A stretch of DNA of 64,000 nucleotides from the NCBI GenBank assembly GCA_040755995.1, contig JBFMAF010000034.1:74968-138967 (forward strand). Reading direction: 5' to 3'. The notes beneath the pieces are model-generated. The model searched no databases, had not been told where the DNA came from, and worked only from the letters and a program-made list of their open reading frames with translations. This document shows, piece by piece, positions 48,196-58,462 of the stretch; position 1 is the stretch's first letter; every line of letters begins with the position of its first letter. The position numbers and the translations under genes were made by a program. Origin of the DNA: Acidobacteriota bacterium (GTDB taxonomy: Bacteria; Acidobacteriota; CAIWXX01).

Positions 48196-48590
48196 GAGGT
48201 CACCTCTACGTCGTCTGCGCGCCCGGCCCCTGATGCCCGCAGCTACTGAAGATGCGCGGTGCGGAGGAGAAAGTCAAGGCTCGGGCGAGGTATATGAAGA
48301 GCAGCCAACGAGGTCAAGGAGGCGGGAGGCGAAGACGTGGTGACCTCGTCCGCGTCGCAGCTCAGCAGATACATCTCCGATCTGAGAGTGCGCATATCAT
48401 TCAACGACAGGATCGCCTGCATGGTACGCCGACGCCTGCTGGGCCGAGTGGCCTCTAAACCTCCGTGGCTCCGCCGCCCGAGCCTTGCGAGGACTTTGAC
48501 AACTCAGCTTCGCAGCCCTATATTTGGACCATGACTTGCTGCTCGCGCCCGCCAAAGGTCATTGCGACAGGCGAAGTTGCTTCTGCCGTG

Positions 48591-49883
48591 ATGAATAGGG
48601 TAATAGCATTGGCTGTTTTCCTAACCTTTTCTCATCCCATTTGGATCGAGGGCAGCAATTTTGCGTGCTCGATCCAGAGCGATAGCGACGTTTTCGTCCG
48701 TGATGTCCTTGAAGTACCTAACGGGGGTTTCCTGTGCGCCGTGAACGCCGGCGATGGGGGCTTGGCCAAGCTGGATCGCAGCGGCAATATTGCATGGATT
48801 AGGCGGTACTCAGGCCCGGGCAATGGCCTCCTTGTGCTCGATCGGACAGTTGATGGCGGCTATATCCTGGGCGGGTTGCGAATGATGTACCCGGATCCGT
48901 ATGATGCATGGATCATTCGAACCGACGCGAAGTGCAGAACCTTATGGGAGAAGGCATATGGCGGACGACGGACCGAGTGGGTAGACACTGTCAAACAGAC
49001 GTCAGACGGCGGATACATAATGGGCGGGTTTACCACATCCTTTGGCCATGGCAATGATGCATGGATAGTCAAACTAGATAGTACTGGCCATGTCACATGG
49101 GAAAGAGTCTTCGGCGCCAGAGAGCGCGAGTTCTGCGTCGCGACATGGGAGCATCCTGAAGGTGGCTACATCGCTGTGTCATTTGTCGGCTCGACCGGAC
49201 ATGGTGATGTCAACGTAATGAAGCTTGATACTGCAGGGAATGCGGTTTGGCAGAAGAATTACGGGAGCCCGAGGGCTGAGCGGCCTTGCTCAGCGGCTGC
49301 CACCTTCGACGGTGGGTGCATCATCTGTGGCGTGACCGCTGGCTATGGCAGCGAGAAGGATGCCTGGGTTTTCAAGCTCGGGCCCGACGGACAGATTGAG
49401 TGGCAGAAGAGGTATGGTGGAGCGGGAACGGACTTGGCGGATTCCGTACGTCAGACGACAGACGGGGGATACGTAGTCTGCGGATCTACTCTTGGTGATA
49501 ATGCTGCAGACTCCTCTGCATGGATGCTGAGGCTTGACAAGCAGGGTGAGATTGCGAGTCAGAAGAGCTTCGTATGTGCCGGGTACTACGGTAGATTGAC
49601 GTTCATCATGGAAACGAGCCGACAAGGCATCATTGCGGCCGGATATCTCGAAAGTCAGCTTCCCCCGTGGGGCTTCGACTCGCTTGTGCTTTCGCTTTCT
49701 GGGAATCTAACAATGCCGGCGATCGACTGTCCGTATTTGGCGAGCACGAGTGTTGTTGCCAAGGAGACAGAATCGATCTCTTCACCATCCACATGGATCC
49801 TCCGATCGACTCATTGCGAAGTCAATGAGACCATGACTCCTGCGACTGAAACATCATTTGCGGTCATAGGATTCTGCCAATAA
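48591..49883 (+). CDS. Secreted repeat (beta-propeller) protein
   Basis: Signal-like N-terminus; repeated W-x-K-x-YGG, QTxDGGY and DAWxxKLD units; lower GC. Confidence 0.7.
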   Translation: MNRVIALAVFLTFSHPIWIEGSNFACSIQSDSDVFVRDVLEVPNGGFLCAVNAGDGGLAKLDRSGNIAWIRRYSGPGNGLLVLDRTVDGGYILGGLRMMYPDPYDAWIIRTDAKCRTLWEKAYGGRRTEWVDTVKQTSDGGYIMGGFTTSFGHGNDAWIVKLDSTGHVTWERVFGAREREFCVATWEHPEGGYIAVSFVGSTGHGDVNVMKLDTAGNAVWQKNYGSPRAERPCSAAATFDGGCIICGVTAGYGSEKDAWVFKLGPDGQIEWQKRYGGAGTDLADSVRQTTDGGYVVCGSTLGDNAADSSAWMLRLDKQGEIASQKSFVCAGYYGRLTFIMETSRQGIIAAGYLESQLPPWGFDSLVLSLSGNLTMPAIDCPYLASTSVVAKETESISSPSTWILRSTHCEVNETMTPATETSFAVIGFCQ

Positions 49884-50083
49884 ACGCCATGACGGCCTTC
49901 GAATATTTGTATCTCGGGATACGGCGTTGATCAGCTTGTCCGGCAGGCATGCGTCGACCCCCGAACGAAGCGCAGTGGCATGGCCCCGATGTCCGCAGAT
50001 ACTGAAGATGCGCCGTAGGCAGGCGGAAGCCAAGACTCCGGGGCTGGCGCCAGCGGGTCGCAGCGCCGCTGGCCCGGCGCAGC

Positions 50084-50623
50084 TCAGTCGTCTCTCGCTG
50101 AGATGATCGCGGGCGGGGCCTCATCTGCCTGCAGCGGGACCGACGACAGCGCGGGAGCGGTTCGCTCCAGCGGTGTCGTCAGGCAGACCTCGGTGGCGGA
50201 TCGCACGAATCCGGTCACGCGATGGATGTGGTTGATGAGCAGCTCCTGCAGGTGCCCCGTGTCACGCGCGCGGACCTTGACCCAGAGGTCGTACTCTCCG
50301 GTCACCACGTGGATCTCTTCCACTTCCGGAATCGCTCGCAGGTCCGCCACGGTCTTCTCCACGTTCTCCGCCAGCTCCGTTCGCAGATGAACGATTGCGG
50401 TGACGGTGTATCCGAGCAGTCGCGGATTGACGAGTATCGAGAATTTTTCGATGATCCCGTTCCGGCGAAGCTTGGTGACGCGTTCGTGGACGGTGGCCGT
50501 CGCCACGCCCACGCGCTGGGCGATCTCGGCGTACGGCATACGACCGTCTTCGATCAGCGCTGTAAGTATCAACCGGTCGATCTCGTCGACCCGCACTGAC
50601 TTCTCGCCCCGGTTCTGACCCAA
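50084..50623 (-). CDS. Lrp/AsnC family transcriptional regulator
   Basis: DEIDRLIL..L..DGRMPYAEIA..VG....VHERVTKL, VTGEYD. Confidence 0.93.
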   Translation of the reverse strand: MGQNRGEKSVRVDEIDRLILTALIEDGRMPYAEIAQRVGVATATVHERVTKLRRNGIIEKFSILVNPRLLGYTVTAIVHLRTELAENVEKTVADLRAIPEVEEIHVVTGEYDLWVKVRARDTGHLQELLINHIHRVTGFVRSATEVCLTTPLERTAPALSSVPLQADEAPPAIISARDD

Positions 50624-50690
50624 TGTCTCTTCTCCCCCGGACGAACCCGGAGGCGCGGAGATCGAGCTCGCCCGCGCCTCCTGGGTGCCG

Positions 50691-52118
50691 CTACTTCAAA
50701 TGATTCAGAGCCTGGTCCAGGTCCGCCATGATGTCGTCGGGATGCTCAGCGCCGACGCACAGGCGAATGAGGTTGCCGGGAATGTGCGCGAGCTTCCGGC
50801 CCTCCTCGCCCTGCTGCTGGTGTGTAGAGATCGCCGGTATCGTGGCGACGCTCTTTATGCGCCCCAGGTCGGTTGCGCGCCAGATCCGCTTGAAGCCATC
50901 CATCGCCTTCCTGGCCTTCTCCGGACCCCCCTTCACGCAGAATGACATCAGATGGCCGTACCGGTTGACGCGCTTGCCGCCGTAGGCTTCATCGTGTTCG
51001 GAGTCGACGAGCCACATGTACTTGCTCGCCAGCTCGTGCAGAGGATGGTTCGGCAATCCCAGGTACTCCACCTTCTCCACGGCCGGATGCTTTTCCAGGA
51101 ACATAGCGACCTTCATCGTGTTGCGGCTGAAGAGGTCCATCTTCGATCGCAGGGTCCGCATGTCGTTCAGCGAGAGGATTGCCTGCATCGGATGCAGGTT
51201 CGGCCCATAGTCCCTGTTAGGGAGGTACTTGACGTAGAGCGCGAAGTCCTGCTTCAGCGCGTCGTTCGGAATACTCGTGACGAGATTCTTGCGCGCGATG
51301 ACCGCACCGCAGATGCCGAACCCGCTGCTGGTGAGGGTCTTGCTCGCCGACTGGACTACGATGTCAGCGCCGTGACAGATGGGACGCATCAGGGCGGGTG
51401 TCGCAATGGTGTTGTCGACGATGAGCGGCAGGTTGTGGCTGTGCGCCAGGTCAGCAACCTTCTCGATATCAAAAAAACCCTGCGCGGGATTGCTCGGGAG
51501 CTCCCCGTACAGGAACCTCGTGTTCTCGTCGATCTTGCTCGCCCACTCATCGAGATTCGTCGGATCGACGACCCACCGGCACTCGATGTCCCGCTCCTGC
51601 ATCATCCGCACGCTGAACTGTTGAAAGGTGCCGCCGTAGCACTGCGCCGTCGCCACGAAGTTGCGCGACTCGTTCACATGATGATGGACGTGAACGAGGA
51701 ACGGCTGCACCGCGGTCATGATGGCAGCCATGCCGGAGGAGGTCGAGCAGCAGGAGGTCTCACCTGCATAGCCGTACCCTTCGAGCAGCGCGAGCGCCCA
51801 CTCGTAGTAGTAGGTCGACGGGTTCGCGATGCGCGAGTAGCACCACGTCGGGATGAGATACGCGAGCGCCGCAGCCATCTCGTCTGAATCGCGATAGGCC
51901 TGCGACGTGCTCATGAAGACCGGTTCGATGATCGACCCCTGGTAATCTTCGATCGCCTCTTCGACCGAGTACAACCCGTGCACCGCGATCGTGTCGAACT
52001 TCCAGCGTTTGACCACGTCGCGTATGTATGCAGTGCGGCGGGCGAGGTATGCGTTGTTCTTATCGATGTATTCCTGCATCCCGGGAGTGATCATCACATC
52101 TGGGTTGGGTGCGCTCAT
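50691..52118 (-). CDS. PLP-dependent Cys/Met metabolism enzyme (O-acylhomoserine sulfhydrylase/cystathionine gamma-synthase family)
   Basis: YSRIANP, SSGMAAI, YGGT, ELPSNP, VDNT, SASK, LIRLCVGAE. Confidence 0.9.
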   Translation of the reverse strand: MSAPNPDVMITPGMQEYIDKNNAYLARRTAYIRDVVKRWKFDTIAVHGLYSVEEAIEDYQGSIIEPVFMSTSQAYRDSDEMAAALAYLIPTWCYSRIANPSTYYYEWALALLEGYGYAGETSCCSTSSGMAAIMTAVQPFLVHVHHHVNESRNFVATAQCYGGTFQQFSVRMMQERDIECRWVVDPTNLDEWASKIDENTRFLYGELPSNPAQGFFDIEKVADLAHSHNLPLIVDNTIATPALMRPICHGADIVVQSASKTLTSSGFGICGAVIARKNLVTSIPNDALKQDFALYVKYLPNRDYGPNLHPMQAILSLNDMRTLRSKMDLFSRNTMKVAMFLEKHPAVEKVEYLGLPNHPLHELASKYMWLVDSEHDEAYGGKRVNRYGHLMSFCVKGGPEKARKAMDGFKRIWRATDLGRIKSVATIPAISTHQQQGEEGRKLAHIPGNLIRLCVGAEHPDDIMADLDQALNHLK

Positions 52119-52566
52119 TCCAGGCCTCCTGACTCACGAGGGCTTGCCGGCAGGCTGCCGGCCATCCACCCCCGAATAAAGTGATTAGACATTACGACAG
52201 ACCGCTATGAACTCGGTCATCCCTCCTCTGCTCGAACCGGAATCCATCGCGCAACAACCAACTGCGCTCGCCGGACTAGTGCACGCCCGAGCATCGAGCT
52301 TCGCAATGGTGAAGTCGATCGTCCAGTCCACGCCGGGAGCATAGATCAGGAAGGGGAGATAGTCAAGCGTTTTGTTCGGCCAAAGTGCTGTTTGTCCATC
52401 CATTCTACGGCAAGCGTTACTAATTACTGTGTGTTCTTTCGGCAAGCATGCTCGACTCCCGTACGTGACTGGCGGCCGTGGGAGACGGCTTCATGCGCGG
52501 GCGGATCACGATCCGGGCACGGGCGGATCACGATCCGCCCTTGCTGCGACCCATGCCCGGCCTCGC

Positions 52567-53223
52567 TCAGTCGAACCAGGATGACAACTCGGTCACGTTG
52601 ATCTCGTCAAGGCGACTGACGATCTTGTCGCACCCGAGGAGTGCGCCGACGGGATGTGTGGCGGCTACTGCGATCACCTTCATCCCCGCGGCCCGGCCGG
52701 CCCGTATCCCCACCGGCGTGTCTTCGAACACGACACATCGATGCGGAGGCATACCGATGCGCTTCGCAGAGAGCAAGAACACTTGGGGATTCGGCTTGCC
52801 GTCGCTGACGTCCTCTGCCGACACGATCGCATCGAAGTACTCTTCGAGACCGAGCAGCTCAAGAATGCTTGTGACATTCAGGCGGTGCGTCGACGATCCG
52901 ATGACCCGGGGCACAGAGACTCGCTGGAGCTGCGCGAGCAGCTCCTTCACGCCCGGCAACGGCTCGATCCCGGTCTCTTGCACGACACGGCGGTACAGCG
53001 CCTCCTTCTTCAGAGAGAGTCGCGCGACCTCGGCGGGATCGCTCGTCCATCCGAGCAGCTCCGGGATGATCTTCTCGTTCTTCATCCCGAAGCCGCGTTT
53101 GAAACTGTCCGCCGGCAGCTCCAGCCCTTCTTCCTCCGCCAGCCTCCTCCAGCTCTCCTCATGCTGTGCCGATGAATCGATGATTACTCCATCCCAATCG
53201 AACACCGCACCCCAGCTGGCCAT
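52567..53223 (-). CDS. HAD-family phosphatase (beta-PGM-like)
   Basis: FDWDGVIIDS, GKPNPQVF, VFEDTPVG. Confidence 0.92.
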   Translation of the reverse strand: MASWGAVFDWDGVIIDSSAQHEESWRRLAEEEGLELPADSFKRGFGMKNEKIIPELLGWTSDPAEVARLSLKKEALYRRVVQETGIEPLPGVKELLAQLQRVSVPRVIGSSTHRLNVTSILELLGLEEYFDAIVSAEDVSDGKPNPQVFLLSAKRIGMPPHRCVVFEDTPVGIRAGRAAGMKVIAVAATHPVGALLGCDKIVSRLDEINVTELSSWFD

Positions 53224-53228
53224 TCTTC

Positions 53229-53678
53229 TCAGAGCGCAGCCAACACTTCGTCGAGGTGCCCATCCACCTTCACCTTCGCGAAGATCTTCGCTATCCTCCC
53301 CTGTTCATCGATGATGAACGTGGTCCTCTCCGTGCCCATGTACGTGCGTCCGTAGAGCGTCTTCTCCTTCCAGACGCCGTATGTCTGCACGACCCGCCTG
53401 TCCACGTCTGCAAGCAGCGGGAAGTTCAGCCCGTACTTGGCCCTGAACTTCACGTGCGAAGCGACCGTATCAACGCTCACGCCGATCACAGCGGCACCCC
53501 TGTTCCGGATCTGCTCGCTGCCGTCGCGAAAGGCGCAGGCCTCTCGGGTGCACCCCGGAGTGTCGTCCTTGGGATAGAAGTAGAGGACGACCTTCTTGCC
53601 TGCGAAGTCACGCAGGCTCACAGCGACGCCATCCTGGTCAGAAAGAGTGAACGCAGGGGCCCGCTGCCCGACCTGCAT
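53229..53678 (-). CDS. bcp: Peroxiredoxin BCP
   Basis: YFYPKDDTPGCTREACAFRD, ERTTFIID; start may be the GTG at 53777. Confidence 0.92.
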   Translation of the reverse strand: MQVGQRAPAFTLSDQDGVAVSLRDFAGKKVVLYFYPKDDTPGCTREACAFRDGSEQIRNRGAAVIGVSVDTVASHVKFRAKYGLNFPLLADVDRRVVQTYGVWKEKTLYGRTYMGTERTTFIIDEQGRIAKIFAKVKVDGHLDEVLAAL

Positions 53679-53781
53679 GCCGGCTTGCGCCGCGCCACGT
53701 GGCTTCTTCTTCGCGCCCTCCCCAGTGGACCTGTTCTTGCGATTGGCCTTGCTCTCGGTGTTCTGGCGGCAACCCACCTCG

Positions 53782-54135
53782 CTACTCCTTGGGCGCCTCC
53801 GGCGTCGGCGCCGCGGCTGGCGCGGGGGCCGGCGCAGCGGGGATCTCCGGCGCTGCGACGGGCGCAGGTGCTGGAGCCGGCGCCGGAGCGGTGATGGTCG
53901 GCGCCGCAACCGGCTCGGCGACTGCCGGTGCCGGCCGCATGACCCGAGCCGCCTTCCTCGCCTTCACGGGCGCTCTTTTCTTTGGTACGGGCTTCTTGAC
54001 CGGTTTCTTCGTCAGAGCCTTCTTCGGAGAAACCTTCTTCTTCGCCGGCGCCTTCTTCTTCGCCGGCGCCTTCTTCGCAGCCGGCCTCGTCACACCACGG
54101 CCTGGTCTCGCGGGTTTCTTCACGCGCTTGGGCAT
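53782..54135 (-). CDS. Lys/Ala/Pro-rich histone H1-like protein
   Basis: AAKKAPAKKKAPAKKK repeats followed by a PA-rich tail; AGGAGG RBS. Confidence 0.65.
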   Translation of the reverse strand: MPKRVKKPARPGRGVTRPAAKKAPAKKKAPAKKKVSPKKALTKKPVKKPVPKKRAPVKARKAARVMRPAPAVAEPVAAPTITAPAPAPAPAPVAAPEIPAAPAPAPAAAPTPEAPKE

Positions 54136-54240
54136 ATTGGATCCTCCTTTCTATTTCGTCGTGCCCTGCCTCCGTCTCATCCCGAAGGTGTATTCACTGA
54201 CTGGTTCTCACCGCTCACGTGCACGGAATCTTCCTCCCTT

Positions 54241-54843
54241 TTACTCCATTCCATGGCCGTTTGGAAAGGGATTTTTGGGCGAGCCATGGAATCGGTTGCG
54301 CAGGGTTCGCACGAATACCTCGTCCGCCTTCGCCGAAAAAATCTCCACTGGCGACCGGCCGCGTCGCCAGGCGAGATAGAACATGACTGCCAACGCCAAT
54401 CCAGTGATCACGAAGTTCGGCCATGCGTTCAGAGCCCACTGCCCGCTCCACGTCCACTCCCACGCCAATGAGAACGGCAGCAGGTACGGAATAGGCCACT
54501 GCTCTCCGTCAGGGCCGCGGGCGCCGACTACGTCACACAGGAGGTGCAAGTGAAACACGAACAACATCACCGCGGGTGTGACTACTCGCCGGGTGGCCAG
54601 TGCCACACCGAATGCGCACACGACCAGACAGAATCCGATGTTGTGCGCCAGCGCATGGTGGTACTCCGAGAACCAAAGGATCGGATGGTCAGTGTTGCGA
54701 GTAGCCAGCTCGACGATCGCACCCACGCCGTCAAGATCAGGAATGACGCTCGCGGCGGCAATCAGCGCCCGGTCGCGACGAGTCGGCGCCCCCGAACCCT
54801 CGGCTACGATCCACCCGATAAGGAAGTGCGTGACTGGGCTCAT
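54241..54843 (-). CDS. Membrane-bound metal-dependent hydrolase (YdjM/DUF457-like)
   Basis: MSPVTH, IPDLDG, YHHALAHN, HLHLLCD. Confidence 0.82.
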   Translation of the reverse strand: MSPVTHFLIGWIVAEGSGAPTRRDRALIAAASVIPDLDGVGAIVELATRNTDHPILWFSEYHHALAHNIGFCLVVCAFGVALATRRVVTPAVMLFVFHLHLLCDVVGARGPDGEQWPIPYLLPFSLAWEWTWSGQWALNAWPNFVITGLALAVMFYLAWRRGRSPVEIFSAKADEVFVRTLRNRFHGSPKNPFPNGHGME

Positions 54844-54962
54844 CCTCTCCGCCTGCTTCATCACAGCGTCGCGGCCGGTTGCTGCGGGGAGGAGGATACC
54901 ACTATCGATCGAGAAAGGGGAAGGGCGAGCGCCCTTCCCCCTGGCGGTCCAGCGCCGAATCG

Positions 54963-55772
54963 CTACCGCCGTCCGCGACCTCCGGCCGGGAAGCCGCTCG
55001 CCGCATCCCGCAATTCCACTTCGAGCCCAGTGGCCGGGTCTACCAGCTTCAGCGCCACCCAGTGCTCGCCGGCATCCCAGCGCGCCGGCGCCATCGTGAC
55101 CTCGAGCTCCATTCCCTCTGTGATGTCGAAATCCGCATCCGCCAGAACGTGGTAGGGTGATACGATGATCTCCTGCTCACCCTGTGCGGTCTCAAGAACC
55201 AGCGTGGGCATGCCTTGTCCAAACCCCCCGGAGAAGCTCCGCACCCTACCCTCGATCGTCGTGACGGCGCTCATGTCGGGACCCGCACCGGCGCAGTTGC
55301 CGGCGCCACTCCGGGCCCATCCGCCTCCACCGGCCATCGACGGGCCACGCGGACCCGGCGAGCCGCCTCCGGTCCAGAGCGGCCGCCCGTTGGCATCGCG
55401 CAACTTCACTGTGACGCCCCGCGTCACATTCCGGACCTCTTCCACCGCGTACCCGCTCGGACAAAGGTTAGAGGCCCACGCATGGACCTCGACCTGATCG
55501 CCCGTTTTCGCCACGAATTTCTTGGACGCCAGGTAGCGATACGGGCCGAGCACGAATGAGTATCTCTTGCCCGAGGAATCGCGCACAACGAGGGTGGGTG
55601 TGCCCTGCCCGTAGCCCGCCGCGTACTTCTCGACCTGGCCATGCACGACCACGGGGTTGCTGGTGTCCACCCGTTGACCGCACGGGCCGGCTCCGTATTG
55701 GGCCCACACAACTGCCGCCATCAGAATCATCATGGCGCCAGCCGTCGCAAGTTTTCCGAAGTTGATCTTCAT
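54963..55772 (-). CDS. Secreted protein with two tandem OB-fold-like repeats
   Basis: Signal peptide; two units G.V..Y/F..G.GQG.PTLV....G....(VLGPY/IVSPY)..L....G..E V...LRDA.G.P. Confidence 0.65.
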   Translation of the reverse strand: MKINFGKLATAGAMMILMAAVVWAQYGAGPCGQRVDTSNPVVVHGQVEKYAAGYGQGTPTLVVRDSSGKRYSFVLGPYRYLASKKFVAKTGDQVEVHAWASNLCPSGYAVEEVRNVTRGVTVKLRDANGRPLWTGGGSPGPRGPSMAGGGGWARSGAGNCAGAGPDMSAVTTIEGRVRSFSGGFGQGMPTLVLETAQGEQEIIVSPYHVLADADFDITEGMELEVTMAPARWDAGEHWVALKLVDPATGLEVELRDAASGFPAGGRGRR

Positions 55773-55819
55773 GACTGCTTCTTCCTTCCGAGCCCCCCCA
55801 TGGGACTCAGTGAGTGAAT

Positions 55820-55934
55820 TGCCGGTTGCGTGCCAGGCACACGTCCCATACGCGGGCGCTGGAATCAATCGGTTCGAGGCAGCAGCAACGCCCCGGCTAT
55901 GCAGCTTCTTGCAGCGCCGCTGCAATCCGTTGCA
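55820..55934 (-). promoter_or_regulatory. sigma54 promoter with tandem palindromic enhancer-like sites
   Basis: Minus strand TGGCAC-GCAAC-CGGCA at 55835-55820; TGCA-N6-TGCA at 55900-55913 and 55921-55934. Confidence 0.6.
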
Positions 55935-55946
55935 GTTCTCCTTCGT

Positions 55947-57233
55947 CTACTGGAGGCCGAGACGCCGCAGCCTGTAGTAGAGCGTTCGCACCGAGATGCC
56001 GAGAAGGCGGGCCGCTGCCTGCCGGTTGCCGGCGCTCTGGCGGAGCGCTTCCAACAGCGCCTCGCGCTCGCGTTCATCCCGGTCCAGCGGCACGGGTGCA
56101 GTGAAGGCGGGACGGTCTTTGGGTAGCAAGAGGTCCTCCGGCCGGATCGGAGCCCCGGCGCGCACCACCAATGCCCGCTCCAGCACGTTTCTCAGCTCGC
56201 GGACGTTGCCCGGCCAGGTGTAATGCCCGAGCGCGCTGATGGCCTCGGGCAGGACCTCGGGCACCGCAATCGCGTGCTGCGCCGCGAGACGATGCAGCAG
56301 ATGCTGCGCGAGCACCGGGATGTCGCCCGCGCGCTCGCGTAGCGGCGGGAGCTCGATCGGGACGACCGAGAGCCGGAAATAGAGGTCGCGCCGGAACGCG
56401 CCCGAATCCACGCTCGCATCGAGCCGCCGATTCGTCGCGGCCACGAGGCGCACGTCGACAGGGATGTCCTGGCCGCCGCCGAGCCGGCGCACCAGGCGTT
56501 CTTCGAGCACGCGAAGGAGCTTCGCCTGCATGGCCGCACTCAAGTCGCCGACCTCGTCCAGGAACAGCGTCCCCTTGTCGGCCTCTTCGAATCGGCCCCG
56601 GCGCAGCCTGTCGGCCCCGGTGAACGCGCCGCGCTCGTGGCCGAACAGCTCGCTCTCGGCCAGCGTGTCGGGCAGCGCCGCGCAGTTGACCGCGACAAAC
56701 GGCCCGCGCGCACGCGAGGACCGTGCATGCAGCCTGCGCGCAATCAGTTCTTTCCCCGTTCCCGATTCGCCCGCGATCAACACAGACACGTCGCGCATGG
56801 CCACGCGGTCGACCACTTCCAATAGCTCTTTCAGCTTCGGATTCGCGGTGATGAACGAATCATCGCCCGCGGCCGGGGCGAGCAGGCGAGAGACGACGGC
56901 CATCAGTGCAGCAGGCGACGCGAGCGGCTTGGTGAGGTAGTCGGCGGCACCCAGCCGGACGGCTTCGACGGCCTCGGGGATCGTGCCGTAGGCGGTCAGC
57001 ACTACAACCGCCGGCGCAGCTCCTCTCTCGCGCAGCTTGCGGAGCAGCTCGATCCCGCCCATTCTCGGCATCCGCTGGTCGGTCAGGATGAGCTGGAATG
57101 GCTGTTCTTGCGCGGCCGCGAGCGCCTCGATCCCGTCCGGCGCCTCGACGACACTGTGTCCCGATTTCTCGAGGATGTCGCGCAGCAGTGCGCGGAACGA
57201 CGGCTCATCGTCTGCAATGAGAATGCGGGCCAT
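55947..57233 (-). CDS. sigma54-dependent response regulator
   Basis: IADDE, TDQRMP, GESGTGKE, GAFTGA, WPGNVRELRN, Fis-type HTH. Confidence 0.95.
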   Translation of the reverse strand: MARILIADDEPSFRALLRDILEKSGHSVVEAPDGIEALAAAQEQPFQLILTDQRMPRMGGIELLRKLRERGAAPAVVVLTAYGTIPEAVEAVRLGAADYLTKPLASPAALMAVVSRLLAPAAGDDSFITANPKLKELLEVVDRVAMRDVSVLIAGESGTGKELIARRLHARSSRARGPFVAVNCAALPDTLAESELFGHERGAFTGADRLRRGRFEEADKGTLFLDEVGDLSAAMQAKLLRVLEERLVRRLGGGQDIPVDVRLVAATNRRLDASVDSGAFRRDLYFRLSVVPIELPPLRERAGDIPVLAQHLLHRLAAQHAIAVPEVLPEAISALGHYTWPGNVRELRNVLERALVVRAGAPIRPEDLLLPKDRPAFTAPVPLDRDEREREALLEALRQSAGNRQAAARLLGISVRTLYYRLRRLGLQ

Positions 57234-57236
57234 GCT

Positions 57237-58427
57237 TCAGCTCCGTCGCGCCGCCGGCAGGCTCAGGCGCGCCGTCGAGCCTCCACCGGCTCTCGCGCGG
57301 AGCGACACGTCTCCACGGTTGGCTCGGGCGAGTGCGCGCACTATCGCGAGTCCCAGCCCCGTGCCTTCGGGCCGCGTGGTCACGTACGGGTCGAATGCGC
57401 GCTCGGAATCGATCGACAGTCCCGGCCCCCGATCGCCGACCTCCGCTATGACGCGGACACCGCCTCCACGCAGCGCGATCTCGATCACGCCGTCCGGATC
57501 GAACGCGCGGGCGTTCGCGACGAGCTCCTCCAGGATGCCCTCCGCGTGCTCCCGGTCGGCAATGGCCTGGCAGGGCGTCGTCTCCACGACCTCGACTCGC
57601 GGACCTGCTCGCGCCGCCACCGCGCGGGCGACCTCCGCCAGATCCAGCTCCTCCGCGTGGACCTCAGGAGGGCGTGCGAAGTCGAGCAGCCGGCTGATGA
57701 ACGTCTCGATTCTGAGGCTCGCGTCGACGATGCGCTGCGCGCGTTCCTGCCCGGGCGGTGCCAGCTCATCGGTCAGCAGCTGCGCGGTGCCTTTGATCGC
57801 CGCAAGAGGATTTCGGATGCGGTGCGCCAGACCGGCCCCGGCGGTGGCGAGCGCCTGGAGCCGGTGCTGTTCGGCTTCCGCGGCGGCGAGGCGCTGGCGC
57901 TGCAGCAGCCCCGCGGTGGCGAAGTAGGAGAAGGTGAGGAGCGCCAGAGCCGCGATGATCGAGCCGATGGTGACGGCGCGGGCCAGGCTGCCGGCGCTGC
58001 CGAGCTGGGCGGTCGGATGCAGCCTCGCGCGCATCGGGAAATTGCCGCCGTGTCCCATTCCGAAGCCGAAGCCGGGTCCGCCGGCGACTCCGCGCCACGC
58101 AGGCCCCAGGGCGAGCGGGATCTCGACAGCGTCCCCACCCACAAGACCGGAGCTCGCGAGCGTGCCGGAGGGACCGGCGATTTCGATGCCCGTCACCTTG
58201 TCGGCGTGCGCCGCGCAGAATCGCTCCAGCGCCTCTTCTGCGCCCGCCGGTCCGGCTTCGCGCAGATCAGCCTCGACATCGTGGCCGAGCCGCAGAAGCT
58301 CGCCTTCACGCACGGCGGCATCCCGCTCGCGAAGAGTTGTCGACGCCAGTAGAGCAACGACGATCAGCCCGGCTGCGAGCAAAGCCGCGGCGACCACGGG
58401 CGCCGCCACCAGCGCGCGCGGGCTCAT
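57237..58427 (-). CDS. Membrane sensor histidine kinase
   Basis: Two TMs, LAHRIRNPL, ELVANA, DRGPG, FDPYVTT, GTGLGL. Confidence 0.9.
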   Translation of the reverse strand: MSPRALVAAPVVAAALLAAGLIVVALLASTTLRERDAAVREGELLRLGHDVEADLREAGPAGAEEALERFCAAHADKVTGIEIAGPSGTLASSGLVGGDAVEIPLALGPAWRGVAGGPGFGFGMGHGGNFPMRARLHPTAQLGSAGSLARAVTIGSIIAALALLTFSYFATAGLLQRQRLAAAEAEQHRLQALATAGAGLAHRIRNPLAAIKGTAQLLTDELAPPGQERAQRIVDASLRIETFISRLLDFARPPEVHAEELDLAEVARAVAARAGPRVEVVETTPCQAIADREHAEGILEELVANARAFDPDGVIEIALRGGGVRVIAEVGDRGPGLSIDSERAFDPYVTTRPEGTGLGLAIVRALARANRGDVSLRARAGGGSTARLSLPAARRS

Positions 58428-58462
58428 CTTGCCGACCTGTGCCGCCGAATCCGGCGGTCTCG

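Noticed and set aside
52119..52560. SAM riboswitch upstream of the Met/Cys enzyme
   Set aside because: Could not find SAM-I conserved elements on the minus strand; an Rfam scan would settle it
54963..55772. Magnetosome MamS/MamX assignment
   Set aside because: Only a generic OB-fold-like resemblance; no other magnetosome genes and no CxxCH motif
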